Shown one piece after another: positions 1 through 13,556 of a DNA stretch of 36,742 nucleotides. The stretch is from contig CAZZDV010000003.1 of the NCBI GenBank assembly GCA_964652785.1, positions 10,416-47,157 on the forward strand, in the 5' to 3' direction. Each line of letters starts with the position of its first letter. The stretch's first letter is position 1. This DNA comes from an uncultured Bordetella sp. Its GTDB lineage: Bacteria > Pseudomonadota > Gammaproteobacteria > Burkholderiales > SG8-39. Below the pieces are notes generated by a model. The model was not told the origin of the DNA, did not search any database, and saw only the letters and a program-made list of their open reading frames with translations. A program made the position numbers and the translations under genes.

Positions 1-35
1 GCGTCGTTCATTCGTTGCGAGCGTCGTTCATTCGT
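1..35. repeat. 15-bp direct repeat GCGTCGTTCATTCGT, 20-bp period, at window edge
   Basis: Identical copies at 1-15 and 21-35. Confidence 0.8.
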
Positions 36-131
36 CGTGCACCCGTTTCTTCGTCGCACGTGTCGTTGGCGTCATGATGGCGAATATACCGCAAACGCAG
101 CGCTTGCCCGGGCGAGCCGCCCTCCGGAATA

Positions 132-1307
132 ATGCCTTCGATCCCTCGTGAGCATTTTCATGCCGCAGTCCCCGCGCACCCACCTGCATTGATCCGAATC
201 CGCATCGTCGAGACGCTGGCCGGCATCGACGCGGCGGCATGGAACCGCCTTGCCGGCGGCAACCCTTTCCTGCGGCATGAGTTCCTGCATGCGCTGATCG
301 ATACCGGTTGCGCCTCGGCGCGCAGCGGCTGGCAGCCGCAGATCCTCGTGCTGGAACGTGACGGCGACTTTGCCGGCGCGATGCCGCTCTTTCTCAAGTC
401 GCACTCGTATGGCGAGTATGTTTTCGACTGGGCGTGGGCAGACGCCTATTCGCGCCATGGCATCGAGTACTACCCGAAGCTGCTGTGCGCGGTGCCTTTC
501 ACTCCGGTCACCGGTCCCCGCGTGCTTGCGGAAAACGACATTGACCGGGCCTTGCTGATCGGCAAGGCGCTCGACCTGGCCAAGGGCGTGTCGTCGCTGC
601 ACATCCTGTTTCCGCCTGAGGAACAGGCGGAAATGATGCGAGCGCGCGGCATGCTCATGCGTCGCACAGTGCAGTTCCACTGGACGAATGCCGGCTACAA
701 GGATTTCGACGACTTTCTTTCGCGGATGTCGCACCAGAAGCGCAAGAACCTCAAGCAGGAGCGCCGCAAGGTGCGCGAAGCCGGCGTCACGTTCCGCTGG
801 CTGCGCGGCGGGGAGATTCGCCGCGAGCACTGGGAATTTTTCAACCAGTGCTATCGGAACACCTACCGCGCGCACCATTCCACGCCCTACCTCAACCTGG
901 AGTTCTTCCAGCGGATCGGGCAAGCGCTGCCGGAGCACACCGTGCTGATCGTCGGCGAGCGCAACGGCGCGCCGATCGCCGCGGCGTTCAACCTCTACAC
1001 GCCCTCGACCCTGTACGGACGCTACTGGGGCGCGATCGAGTACGTGCCGCTGATGCACTTCGAGGCGTGCTACTACCAGGCGATCGACTTCGCGATCGCG
1101 CAAAAGCTGGAGCTGTTCGAAGGCGGCGCGCAGGGACAGCACAAGCTTTTCCGCGGCCTGCTGCCGGTGGAAACGCTCTCGGCCCACTGGCTGGCGCATC
1201 CGCAGTTCTCCCGCGCGATCGAGGATTACCTGGAGCGCGAAACCGAGGGGATCGCGAAGTACGTCAACGAGCTGAACGAGCACTCGCCTTTCAAGCGCGA
1301 AGCATAG
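132..1307 (+). CDS. GNAT-fold DUF482 / FemAB-like protein
   Basis: Motifs HSYGEYVFDWAWA, YYPKLLCAVPFTPV, LYGRYWG, HFEACYYQ, EGGAQGQHK; true start may be TTG at 189. Confidence 0.85.
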   Translation: MPSIPREHFHAAVPAHPPALIRIRIVETLAGIDAAAWNRLAGGNPFLRHEFLHALIDTGCASARSGWQPQILVLERDGDFAGAMPLFLKSHSYGEYVFDWAWADAYSRHGIEYYPKLLCAVPFTPVTGPRVLAENDIDRALLIGKALDLAKGVSSLHILFPPEEQAEMMRARGMLMRRTVQFHWTNAGYKDFDDFLSRMSHQKRKNLKQERRKVREAGVTFRWLRGGEIRREHWEFFNQCYRNTYRAHHSTPYLNLEFFQRIGQALPEHTVLIVGERNGAPIAAAFNLYTPSTLYGRYWGAIEYVPLMHFEACYYQAIDFAIAQKLELFEGGAQGQHKLFRGLLPVETLSAHWLAHPQFSRAIEDYLERETEGIAKYVNELNEHSPFKREA

Positions 1308-1310
1308 CCC

Positions 1311-1859
1311 TCAGAATTTCGGCTTCACCTTCGCGCGCTTGTACCGCGCGACGCCGTCGAGGATTTCCTGCTTCGCCTCCTTCGGCCCCACCCAGCCCTC
1401 GACCTTGACCCACTTGCCCGGTTCGAGATCCTTGTAGTGCTGGAAGAAATGCGCGATCTGCGCGAGCGTCGACCCGGGCAGGTCGTCCGGCGTGTTCACC
1501 GTGCGATAGAGGCTGGTGAGCCTGTCGATCGGCACCGCGATGAGCTTGGTGTCCTCGCCCGCCTCGTCTTCCATTTTGAGCATGCCCAACGGCCTGCAAC
1601 GCAGCACCACGCCGCTGATCAGCGCGAACGGCGAGATAACGAGCACATCGACCGGGTCGCCATCGCCCGACAGGGTGTGCGGGATGTAGCCATAGTTGCA
1701 CGGATAGTGCATCGCGGTAGACATGAAGCGGTCGACGAACATCGCCCCGGTCTCCTTGTCGACCTCGTACTTGATCGGCTCGGCGTTCATCGGGATCTCG
1801 ATGATCACGTTGACATCGTTCGGAACGTCGCGGCCGGTGGAGACTCGGTCCAGGTTCAT
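1311..1859 (-). CDS. ppa: Inorganic pyrophosphatase (family I)
   Basis: [11 protein letters not shown] start; [34 protein letters not shown] motifs; start trimmed from ORF 1311..2276. Confidence 0.97.
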   Translation of the reverse strand: MNLDRVSTGRDVPNDVNVIIEIPMNAEPIKYEVDKETGAMFVDRFMSTAMHYPCNYGYIPHTLSGDGDPVDVLVISPFALISGVVLRCRPLGMLKMEDEAGEDTKLIAVPIDRLTSLYRTVNTPDDLPGSTLAQIAHFFQHYKDLEPGKWVKVEGWVGPKEAKQEILDGVARYKRAKVKPKF

Positions 1860-1929
1860 TCGCTTTCCCAAGCTTGAGTTGGGCGATTCTATAATGGGCC
1901 GATCCCAACCAAGCACAACAGGAGATGGT

Positions 1930-2685
1930 ATGCGGCTCAAGGACAAAGTGGCGATCGTAACCGGCGCGGGTTCGGGATTCGGCGAAGGCATCGCCAAGCG
2001 CTTCGCGGAAGAAGGCGGCAAAGTAATTGTCAACGATATCAACCCTTCGGGCGGCGAACGCGTCGCGGGCAAAATTGGCGGCGGCAAGGCGGTGTTCGTG
2101 AAGGGCGACGTAACCAAAGGCGCCGACTGGGCGAACCTCGTGAGCAAGGCGATCTCGGCGTTTGGCCGCCTCGACATTGTCGTCAACAACGCCGGCTGGA
2201 CGCATCGCAAGAAGCCGTTCCTCGAAGTGACGGAGGCCGAGTTCGACCAGGTGTACTCGGTCAACGTGAAGAGCATCTACCTGTCGGTCATGCACGCGCT
2301 GCCGGTCTACCGCAAGCAGGGCGGCGGCTGCTTCGTGAATGTGGCGTCCACCGCGGGCCTGCGGCCGCGGCCGGGACTGTCGATCTACAACAGCTCCAAG
2401 GCGGCGGTGATCCTCATGAGCAAGTCCATGGCCGGTGAGTTCGGCCCGGACAACGTGAGGATCAACTGCGTGAACCCGGTGTTCAGCCCGGAGACGGGCC
2501 TGTCGGCCGAGTTCGCCGGCGGCGCGGTGACGCCTGAGGCGCGCAAGGCCTACCTGGCGACCATCCCACTGGGGCGCTTCTCAACGCCGTTGGACGTTGC
2601 GAATGCCTGCCTTTACCTTGCTTCGGACGAGGCCTCGATGATCAGCGGATCGTGCATCGAGGTGGACGGCGCGCGCTGCGTGTAA
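1930..2685 (+). CDS. Short-chain dehydrogenase/reductase (FabG-like SDR)
   Basis: [17 protein letters not shown] catalytic motif, VDGA C-terminus; SD AGGAG before ATG 1930. Confidence 0.92.
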   Translation: MRLKDKVAIVTGAGSGFGEGIAKRFAEEGGKVIVNDINPSGGERVAGKIGGGKAVFVKGDVTKGADWANLVSKAISAFGRLDIVVNNAGWTHRKKPFLEVTEAEFDQVYSVNVKSIYLSVMHALPVYRKQGGGCFVNVASTAGLRPRPGLSIYNSSKAAVILMSKSMAGEFGPDNVRINCVNPVFSPETGLSAEFAGGAVTPEARKAYLATIPLGRFSTPLDVANACLYLASDEASMISGSCIEVDGARCV

Positions 2686-2823
2686 ATTTTTCTATTCCGG
2701 CAATCCAGTTGACAGGAGATCTGCACGCCTATTGACATTTCGGATTTAAATCTTCGGCTTTGTTTGGGAAAGCCGGTCAGTCGGGTTCAACCGGTGGATC
2801 ACCTGCCGCAGCCGGCGTATTCG

Positions 2824-4131
2824 TCAATCCGGCAAGTCGAGGCGTAAATTACCCGCAATCTGGTCTTGCCACTCGGGCGCCACTTTCGCCTTTTCGGCGT
2901 ATTGCCGCCAGTTCGAAACGGCGGCGCGGACCTCTTCGACGATTTTGCCGGCGCGTCCGCGCTTCATCATCGCGGTCCTGGCGCAGGCGCGGAAGTCCTC
3001 CATCGAGAAGCCGTCCGTCTTACCGTTGATGGACATCTGGTGCCGGGCGGTCCAGGAGCCCGACGGGTTGTAGCTGTACGTCATGTCGAAAGCGGGCGAA
3101 AGCGACCAGGCGCCTTCGCGGTCCATCAGGAACGCAATGTTCTTCACGTGGTCGTCCTGGTTGCGCGCAATCACGTTGAACGCCATGCGCCGGAACTGCT
3201 CCTCGATCGCCTCCATCGGCAGTTCGAGTTGACGGATGATCATCAGGGCCTGCTCGTAGGCATACGCGCCGGGATTGTTGAAGTCATAGTGGGCCAGGGC
3301 GCACAGCGATTGCGCGTGCAGCTTTCCTCCGTCCTTCGTACGATCAAAGCGCCGGGTCATGAAGTGGCGGCGGTTGTTTTCCTCCAGCGGCCGGCACTCG
3401 CTCATCTTCACGCCCGCATCCGCCGCCATCAGATAGTAGGCGTACTCGATCGCCCCATAGCCCTTGGGATCCTCGAGTTCCTTGTCCTTGTTGCCGGAAA
3501 CCCCGTCGAACTTGAGCAGCCAGTATTCGAAGCCCGCGCCGGCTTCGACTTGTCCCGAACGCACTTCGTTGGTGGCGGGATTCCAGGCAATGACGGCTTT
3601 GGCGCGGGACCCACCCGCGGAGGTGCCGACGCGCAGAATGTCCTGCATCGCCTTTGCGCGTTCGGGGTCCGCGAACGAAGCCGCAGCGGTGTTTCTGTGC
3701 GTGAGCACGTCGGATGCCAGGTGCACCAGCGCATCGATCTCGATCTTTTCCGCCGCCTTTGCGGTGGGACCCCTGGCCGGCGCGTATTCCAGCGCCCCCA
3801 TGCCGCGCGCGCCGGTGTAGCACAGGCGCTCCACCGCATTGAAGCTCTCGGGGCTGCGGCCCTGAGTCGCCAGCCACGCGTCGATCAGCGCATTGCCGAA
3901 TTTGTCCGGCAGCGAATCGGCGAGCAGGCCGGGAAGGCCGTGAAACGTAATGCGAGGCAGGGCGGGAAACGTGTAGACACCGGCGGCCAGCAGCATCGCG
4001 ATCGGCGAAACCTGTATGCCACTCCCGGCGAATTCCGGGTCGTACTGGAATGCAGCAACCTCGGCGCCGTCTTCGAGCGATACCGCGCCGATCGTGCGGC
4101 CCCACAGCCGCACTTCCGCCAGCGTGGTCAC
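2824..4131 (-). CDS. hipA: HipA-family Ser/Thr kinase toxin (couple_hipA N-terminal domain plus kinase)
   Basis: AEVRLWGRTIG N-terminus, LADSLPDKFG, GTSAGGSRAK P-loop, RNQDDHVKN and SPAFD catalytic motifs; GTG start overlaps upstream stop (GTGA). Confidence 0.93.
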   Translation of the reverse strand: MTTLAEVRLWGRTIGAVSLEDGAEVAAFQYDPEFAGSGIQVSPIAMLLAAGVYTFPALPRITFHGLPGLLADSLPDKFGNALIDAWLATQGRSPESFNAVERLCYTGARGMGALEYAPARGPTAKAAEKIEIDALVHLASDVLTHRNTAAASFADPERAKAMQDILRVGTSAGGSRAKAVIAWNPATNEVRSGQVEAGAGFEYWLLKFDGVSGNKDKELEDPKGYGAIEYAYYLMAADAGVKMSECRPLEENNRRHFMTRRFDRTKDGGKLHAQSLCALAHYDFNNPGAYAYEQALMIIRQLELPMEAIEEQFRRMAFNVIARNQDDHVKNIAFLMDREGAWSLSPAFDMTYSYNPSGSWTARHQMSINGKTDGFSMEDFRACARTAMMKRGRAGKIVEEVRAAVSNWRQYAEKAKVAPEWQDQIAGNLRLDLPD

Positions 4132-4496
4132 GGCTTTGGGGGTTCCGGTTTATCGGCCCACGTCCATTTGCCGGCAGGTGCATTCCCCCGCTTTCGCGGC
4201 GATGCCGCGCGCTTTCGTTCTCGGCCTTGCAGTTTCAGCTGGGCGATCGGGCTTGGGACCGGCTCCGGGACCAGCTGCTCGAAGCGCTCCACGAGCCCCA
4301 GAGCACGGCAGACGCGTATGAGGTTGACCAGTTCGGCAGGTTCGCCTGCCTCCAGGCGCTCCAGGGTGCGCTTGGAGATCCCGGCCTGCGCGGCCAGCTC
4401 GGCCTGTTTCAGATTGCGGTCCAGACGGGCGCGGGCGAGGCGCTCGCCCAGCTCGCGCAGCACGGCTTCGTCCACGAGGGTCTCAGTAATTTTCAT
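4128..4496 (-). CDS. hipB: XRE/HTH antitoxin (HipB-like)
   Basis: LGERLARARLDRNLKQAELAAQAGISKRTLERLEAG helix-turn-helix; translationally coupled to hipA. Confidence 0.88.
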   Translation of the reverse strand: MKITETLVDEAVLRELGERLARARLDRNLKQAELAAQAGISKRTLERLEAGEPAELVNLIRVCRALGLVERFEQLVPEPVPSPIAQLKLQGRERKRAASPRKRGNAPAGKWTWADKPEPPKP

Positions 4497-4512
4497 AACT
4501 CGTCCCAGATGC

Positions 4513-4542
4513 CGAATATGACCACAAATCCTATCATATTCG
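4513..4542. promoter_or_regulatory. Inverted repeat CGAATATGA-N12-TCATATTCG, candidate HipB operator
   Basis: Perfect 9-bp arms starting 17 bp upstream of the hipB ATG. Confidence 0.6.
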
Positions 4543-4596
4543 TCATACTTGGCGAGTATAAGACATGTGTCGCTTCGCGCGCTGGGGTAGGTTTTC

Positions 4597-4608
4597 GTAA
4601 CGCGTTAC
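4597..4608. promoter_or_regulatory. Perfect palindrome GTAACGCGTTAC, candidate operator of the MNT-HEPN pair
   Basis: 12-bp palindrome 10 bp upstream of ATG 4619, overlapping a TACAAT -10-like hexamer (4606-4611). Confidence 0.55.
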
Positions 4609-4618
4609 AATAAGCCGC

Positions 4619-5125
4619 ATGGACACCCTTGCAAAGCCCAAAGGTGGACGCCCGAAAAGTGTTGCGCCGCTGTCTTCGGCAGAGCGGATGCGCCGCTATC
4701 GGGCGCGGCTCCGAACAAGAGGCGTCCGGGTGCGGGTTGTCACCGTACCCGACGGTGTTCTGTCGGCCATGCGGTTCGCGCCGGACACCCTGCTCACCCC
4801 CGGCGAGCAGGACGTGCTGCGCCGGTTTTGCGCCGGTTTCCACACGCTGCCGGTGATGCCGGGAAAAATGGCGGTCTTCGGCAGCCGCGCAACCGGCGGC
4901 GCGGACGAGCATTCCGATCTCGACATGGCGGTTTTTTTCGACGGATCGCGCAGCGCCGAGCTCGAGACCCGGCTTTCCGCCATCGCCTTCAGCGCCCAGT
5001 CCCCGTACCGGTCCGGACCCTATGGAATTTTTCTGCGGCCGGTGCCGCTCTACATTACGGACAAGAGCCTGTTCCTCGACTCGATTCGCCCCGATCTGGA
5101 GGTGGTATGGACAAGGCCGAATTAG
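4619..5125 (+). CDS. Minimal nucleotidyltransferase (MNT) antitoxin with basic N-terminal putative DNA-binding extension
   Basis: FGSRATGGADEHSDLDMAV (GS-x10-DxD) motif; N-terminal GRPKS...AERMRRYRARLR...VTVPD. Confidence 0.85.
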   Translation: MDTLAKPKGGRPKSVAPLSSAERMRRYRARLRTRGVRVRVVTVPDGVLSAMRFAPDTLLTPGEQDVLRRFCAGFHTLPVMPGKMAVFGSRATGGADEHSDLDMAVFFDGSRSAELETRLSAIAFSAQSPYRSGPYGIFLRPVPLYITDKSLFLDSIRPDLEVVWTRPN

Positions 5126-5583
5126 CCGCAACCGTGGCGCATGAGATTCAGGCGGCTCGCGGCGCTCTGGCGGCGGCAATGAACAATCTCGCCGGTCCGT
5201 ACGGCACGGAGTATCGCAGTTGCATCAAGGAAATGTACTTTGCCTGCTTCCACATGGCCACCGCTTTGCTTGCCTCGAAAGGCCTGCGCGCGAAAAGCCA
5301 CGACGCGATTCATCAACTCCTGGCGCTGCATTTCGTCAAACCGGCGGTGATGCTGGCCGATACGGCCAAGAAATACAACGCGCTCATGGAACGGCGCCAC
5401 GTCGCCGATTACAAGACGTTCATCCCAGTCGACGCATCCGACATCGCGGAGTTGAAACCGTGGGTTTCGTCGTTTATCGGACAGTGTCTGGATGTACTTC
5501 ACAAGTCCATGCCGAAGCTCGACACGGCGCCGATGAAAGACATCCTCGCCAGGTTCGATGAACTGGCGATTGCGCCGGGCTAG
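5107..5583 (+). CDS. HEPN-domain protein (UPF0332/COG1895-like), partner of MNT
   Basis: YFACFHMATALL, KSHDAI, F-VK and RHVADY (R-x4-Y) motifs; ATG 5107 overlaps the 3' end of the MNT gene. Confidence 0.85.
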   Translation: MDKAELAATVAHEIQAARGALAAAMNNLAGPYGTEYRSCIKEMYFACFHMATALLASKGLRAKSHDAIHQLLALHFVKPAVMLADTAKKYNALMERRHVADYKTFIPVDASDIAELKPWVSSFIGQCLDVLHKSMPKLDTAPMKDILARFDELAIAPG

Positions 5584-5676
5584 CAAGGAGTTTCTCCGGC
5601 CGGGCCGAATGTACCGGTATCAGTACATCAACTACCCGGAGAATGGCTCCAGGCTTAGGTCTTCAGAACAGAAAGT

Positions 5677-7155
<1,479 letters not shown>

Positions 7156-7198
7156 GGTCGATACGCCTGTGATTTGGCGAGAGCTCGCCGAGGGCGCG

Positions 7199-7204
7199 CA
7201 TTAT
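7199..7204 (-). promoter_or_regulatory. TATAAT -10 box followed by GC-rich discriminator (GCGCGCCC) for rhlE
   Basis: Minus strand reads GAGTATAATGCGCGCCCTC. Confidence 0.6.
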
Positions 7205-7238
7205 ACTCCGTTCCCCTCTGATTCCCTGCGTTCCGGCA

Positions 7239-9206
<1,968 letters not shown>

Positions 9207-9213
9207 CCCGCCC

Positions 9214-9741
9214 CTAGTTGATCGTGCGGGACTCGAGCTCGTCGACCGGCTCGGCCTGTGCGCCGGGCAGCTTGAGCTCCATGTCCCAGTCGCTCTTGCT
9301 GACCGCGGCCTGCAGCAGCCGGCAGACCGAATGAAGCAGCACTTCGTCGAGCGTCAGCGTAAGGCCCTGCCCGGTGGAGGGGTGCAGCGAAACGACCGGC
9401 AGGCCCTTGGCATCGTTGCCCGTCTGGATCCTCGCCAGCAATAACGGCTCGGCCCCAAGCGGGGTGGAGCGCTCGCTCTGCTGGAAAGGCTTGGAGAAGT
9501 CGGCGCGCTGCACGGCCTTCTGGTGCTCGATGCCCAGCAGCGCCTTGCGCGCCTCCGCGTTCGCCTGCACCTTGATGCGCGGACTGGCTTCCTCGGCAAG
9601 CTTCACGAGCAGCGGCCACAGCAGCTTGACGAAGCGGCGGGTGAGCCACATGCGGACCACAGCGCCGTCGTCGGTCGAGACGAGCATCAGCAACCGGTCG
9701 TGCTCGGCGTTGAAATCGATCTTCAGCTGGTGGAGTTTCAT
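9214..9741 (-). CDS. Hypothetical protein
   Basis: 175-aa ORF with host-like codon usage filling the gap between genes; no family recognised. Confidence 0.75.
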   Translation of the reverse strand: MKLHQLKIDFNAEHDRLLMLVSTDDGAVVRMWLTRRFVKLLWPLLVKLAEEASPRIKVQANAEARKALLGIEHQKAVQRADFSKPFQQSERSTPLGAEPLLLARIQTGNDAKGLPVVSLHPSTGQGLTLTLDEVLLHSVCRLLQAAVSKSDWDMELKLPGAQAEPVDELESRTIN

Positions 9742-9790
9742 GCGCCCAGTTTACCTCGACAGCAAGCGCCGGAAACGCTCAAAATTGCAC

Positions 9791-9970
9791 ATGAATGTGA
9801 CAATTCTCGATGCCACGGCCGCCGATCTCGCGGAGATCCGCGAGCTGTTCCTGGCGTACGCGGACTGGCTGGGCGACGACCTTTGCTTCCAGGGTTTCGA
9901 GGGCGACTACGACAACCCGATGCGGGGCGCGCGCGATTTCGAGCTTTACCTCGACCCGCGGATGCGTTGA
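9791..9970 (+). pseudogene. Internally deleted GNAT acetyltransferase remnant (59 aa)
   Basis: N-terminal signature RELFLAYADWLGDDLCFQGFE joined directly to C-terminal-like YDNPMRGARDFEL; acetyl-CoA-binding core missing. Confidence 0.7.
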
Positions 9971-10449
9971 ACAAGCGCCGTCGTCGAGCGCTCGTGCTCG
10001 AACGCGATCGACAGAACGCGCCCGCCCCTGGCGAGCACAACGGCTGCGCCGACGATTTTCTCCACCGCCCAATCGCCGCCCTTCACGAGCACATCCGGGC
10101 GCACCGATTCGATCAGTGCCAGCGGCGTGTCTTCCTCGAACCAGGTGACGAAATCGACCGCCTCGAGCGCAGCGATGACCGCAAGCCGGTCGGCCAGCCC
10201 GTTCATGGGGCGATCGGAGCCTTTGCCCAGGCGCCTGACCGAGGCATCGCTGTTCACGGCCACCACCAGGGCGGCGCCGAGCGCCCTCGCCTGCGCCAGG
10301 TACGCGGCATGGCCGCGATGCAGGATGTCGAAGACGCCGTTGGTAAATACGAGGGGGCGCGTGGCGCCCGCAATGCCCTGGGCCAGAGTCTCGGGCGGCC
10401 GGATCTTCCGTTCGAAAGCCGGTGCCGGTGGCATCGCCTTTTCGCTCAC
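9946..10449 (-). CDS. hldC: D-glycero-beta-D-manno-heptose 1-phosphate adenylyltransferase (RfaE domain II)
   Basis: VFTNGVFDILHRGH, VNSDASVRRLGKG, PDVLVKGGDW, STT motifs; start may be ATG 10434. Confidence 0.92.
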   Translation of the reverse strand: MSEKAMPPAPAFERKIRPPETLAQGIAGATRPLVFTNGVFDILHRGHAAYLAQARALGAALVVAVNSDASVRRLGKGSDRPMNGLADRLAVIAALEAVDFVTWFEEDTPLALIESVRPDVLVKGGDWAVEKIVGAAVVLARGGRVLSIAFEHERSTTALVQRIRGSR

Positions 10450-10463
10450 CCCGGGTCGTCGAC

Positions 10464-11791
<1,328 letters not shown>

Positions 11792-11802
11792 TTACACCCG
11801 TC

Positions 11803-12201
11803 TCACTCTATGAAGACCTCGAACGCGATGCGGCGCGCGGGATTGGGATGCCACTCGGCCTTGCTGATTCTGGCGTGCAGCGTTTCGCCGCGATCGATGG
11901 CCCACGCAAGCGCCGCGTTGTCGCGCCTGGGCACGTAGCCGAGCTTGCGACCGCGCCACTCGACGCGAACTGCGTTCGGGTCGAAAGTGTTTCCGGGCTC
12001 GCGCACGAGCGAAAGCCTGTCGCCGCCGCGCAGGTCCTGCCAGACCTCGGCGGCCTCCCCATGCCGGAATCCCGCCAACGGTGAGCTTTGCACGAGCATG
12101 CGCACCTGCCCGGTCTTCTGCTTGGCGGGTTCTGCGAATGCAGCCGCCGCGAATGCGAGGGCGACAGCAAGGAGCACTGCGCCGCTAGACTGTGAAGGCA
12201 T
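11803..12201 (-). CDS. HIRAN-domain protein with N-terminal signal peptide
   Basis: SPLAGFRH, LVREPGNTFDPNAVRV, KLGYVPR HIRAN motifs; hydrophobic leader ending AFA-E. Confidence 0.85.
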   Translation of the reverse strand: MPSQSSGAVLLAVALAFAAAAFAEPAKQKTGQVRMLVQSSPLAGFRHGEAAEVWQDLRGGDRLSLVREPGNTFDPNAVRVEWRGRKLGYVPRRDNAALAWAIDRGETLHARISKAEWHPNPARRIAFEVFIE

Positions 12202-12532
12202 TCCTGATCCACTGGATGCGCGCGACATCCAGCGTCTGCAGGAGCAACACGTCGAAACGGCAGGGCGCCTCCGGGCGCGCGGTGAGGAAATAGCGGGCCG
12301 CGGCGACGATGCGCGCCTGCTTTCGCCCTGTGATGCTCTCCCCGGCGCCGCCGTGCGATTCGTTCGTTCGCAGTCTCACCTCGCAGAAGACGAAGGTGTC
12401 GTCCTCGCGCGCAATGAGGTCGATCTCGCCGTGGCGGCAGCGGAAATTGCGCGCGATGATCGCCAGACCCGCCCCGGTCAGGAGGCGTTCGGCCAGTGCC
12501 TCGGCCTTGCGGCCCGCGGTGGCTGTGTCCAT
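12185..12532 (-). CDS. yraN: YraN family (UPF0102) putative nuclease
   Basis: G..AE, RNFRCRHGEIDLI, VFCEVR, CRFDV, WIRNAF motifs; start uncertain. Confidence 0.92.
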   Translation of the reverse strand: MDTATAGRKAEALAERLLTGAGLAIIARNFRCRHGEIDLIAREDDTFVFCEVRLRTNESHGGAGESITGRKQARIVAAARYFLTARPEAPCRFDVLLLQTLDVARIQWIRNAFTV

Positions 12533-12631
12533 TCCTGGTTCCATCCATGGTACGGCGGCTGCCCCTGCAGCCGACCCGTGGTTGCCCATCGCTTAACGAA
12601 CCCGCACAATCGGCGTTGACTTGGAGTTTCA

Positions 12632-13510
12632 TTGCCACAGGAATCCCCTCCCGCCGGAACGCTCTACGTCGTCGCGACGCCCATAGGCAATTTGTCGGAT
12701 CTCACGCCGCGGGCCCGGGAAATCCTCGCCGCGGTCGATCTTGTCGCCTGCGAGGACACCCGCACGACCCGGACGCTCCTTGCGGCGCACGGAATCAACG
12801 CCAAGACCGTCGCGCTGCATGAGCACAATGAGCGCACGGCCGGGGCGAAGCTGGTCGAATCCATCGGCGCCGGAAGGAATGTCGCGTTGGTGAGCGACGC
12901 GGGCACGCCGGGAGTCTCCGATCCCGGCGCCCTGGTCGTCGAAGCCGCCCACCGGGCGGGCATCCGCGTCATCCCGATTCCCGGCGCCAGCGCCGCAATC
13001 GCGGCGTATAGCGCAAGCGGGTTTTTGGCCGACCGGTTCCTGTTCGTGGGCTTCCTGCCCGCCACGCCCGGCGGCCGCCGCAAGGCCCTCGCAAAAATCG
13101 AGGCCGAATGCCCGGTGGTGATCTACGAAGCGCCCCATCGCGTGCTCGAAACCGTCACCGACCTCGCGGCCGCCTTCGGCCCGGAGCGCGAAGTCGTGAT
13201 CGCACGCGAGCTCACGAAGAAGTTCGAGGAGATCGCGCGGCTTCCGCTGGGGGCCGCGGCGGAATGGATCGGCTCGAATTCCCACCGCCAGCAGGGCGAG
13301 TTCGTGCTGGTGCTCGGCCCCAAGGCGGCAGCCGAGTCGAAGGACGACGGCGAAGCGGAGAGGATCCTGCTTGTCCTGCTGGAGGACCTGTCCGTCAGCG
13401 AGGCAGCCCGCATCGCCGCGCGCCTCACCGGCGGATCGAAGAATGCCCTCTATGCCCGCGCCCTCGAACTCGGCCAGGCGCAGGGTCTGAAAGGCACCAA
13501 GCCACGCTAG
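12632..13510 (+). CDS. rsmI: 16S rRNA C1402 2'-O-methyltransferase
   Basis: [50 protein letters not shown]; TTG start with GGAG SD. Confidence 0.96.
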   Translation: MPQESPPAGTLYVVATPIGNLSDLTPRAREILAAVDLVACEDTRTTRTLLAAHGINAKTVALHEHNERTAGAKLVESIGAGRNVALVSDAGTPGVSDPGALVVEAAHRAGIRVIPIPGASAAIAAYSASGFLADRFLFVGFLPATPGGRRKALAKIEAECPVVIYEAPHRVLETVTDLAAAFGPEREVVIARELTKKFEEIARLPLGAAAEWIGSNSHRQQGEFVLVLGPKAAAESKDDGEAERILLVLLEDLSVSEAARIAARLTGGSKNALYARALELGQAQGLKGTKPR

Positions 13511-13556
13511 AATCGCGCGGTCCACACTTCCACCCGAACTTCCTGCGCCCACTGCC

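Noticed and set aside
1-35. Direct repeat as possible CRISPR array edge
   Set aside because: Only two 15-bp copies with a 5-bp spacer and no cas genes.
72-1283. Long antisense and alternate-frame ORFs (e.g. 72..1283, 2866..4521, 5663..7393, 22635..24107, 28635..30503)
   Set aside because: Shadows of real genes; stop-codon scarcity is expected at this GC content and no motifs are recognisable.
2686-2823. att site, attC or IS end at the left border of the TA islet
   Set aside because: No convincing direct or inverted repeat matching the right border (5584-5676) and no RYYYAAC/GTTRRRY pair with attC geometry.
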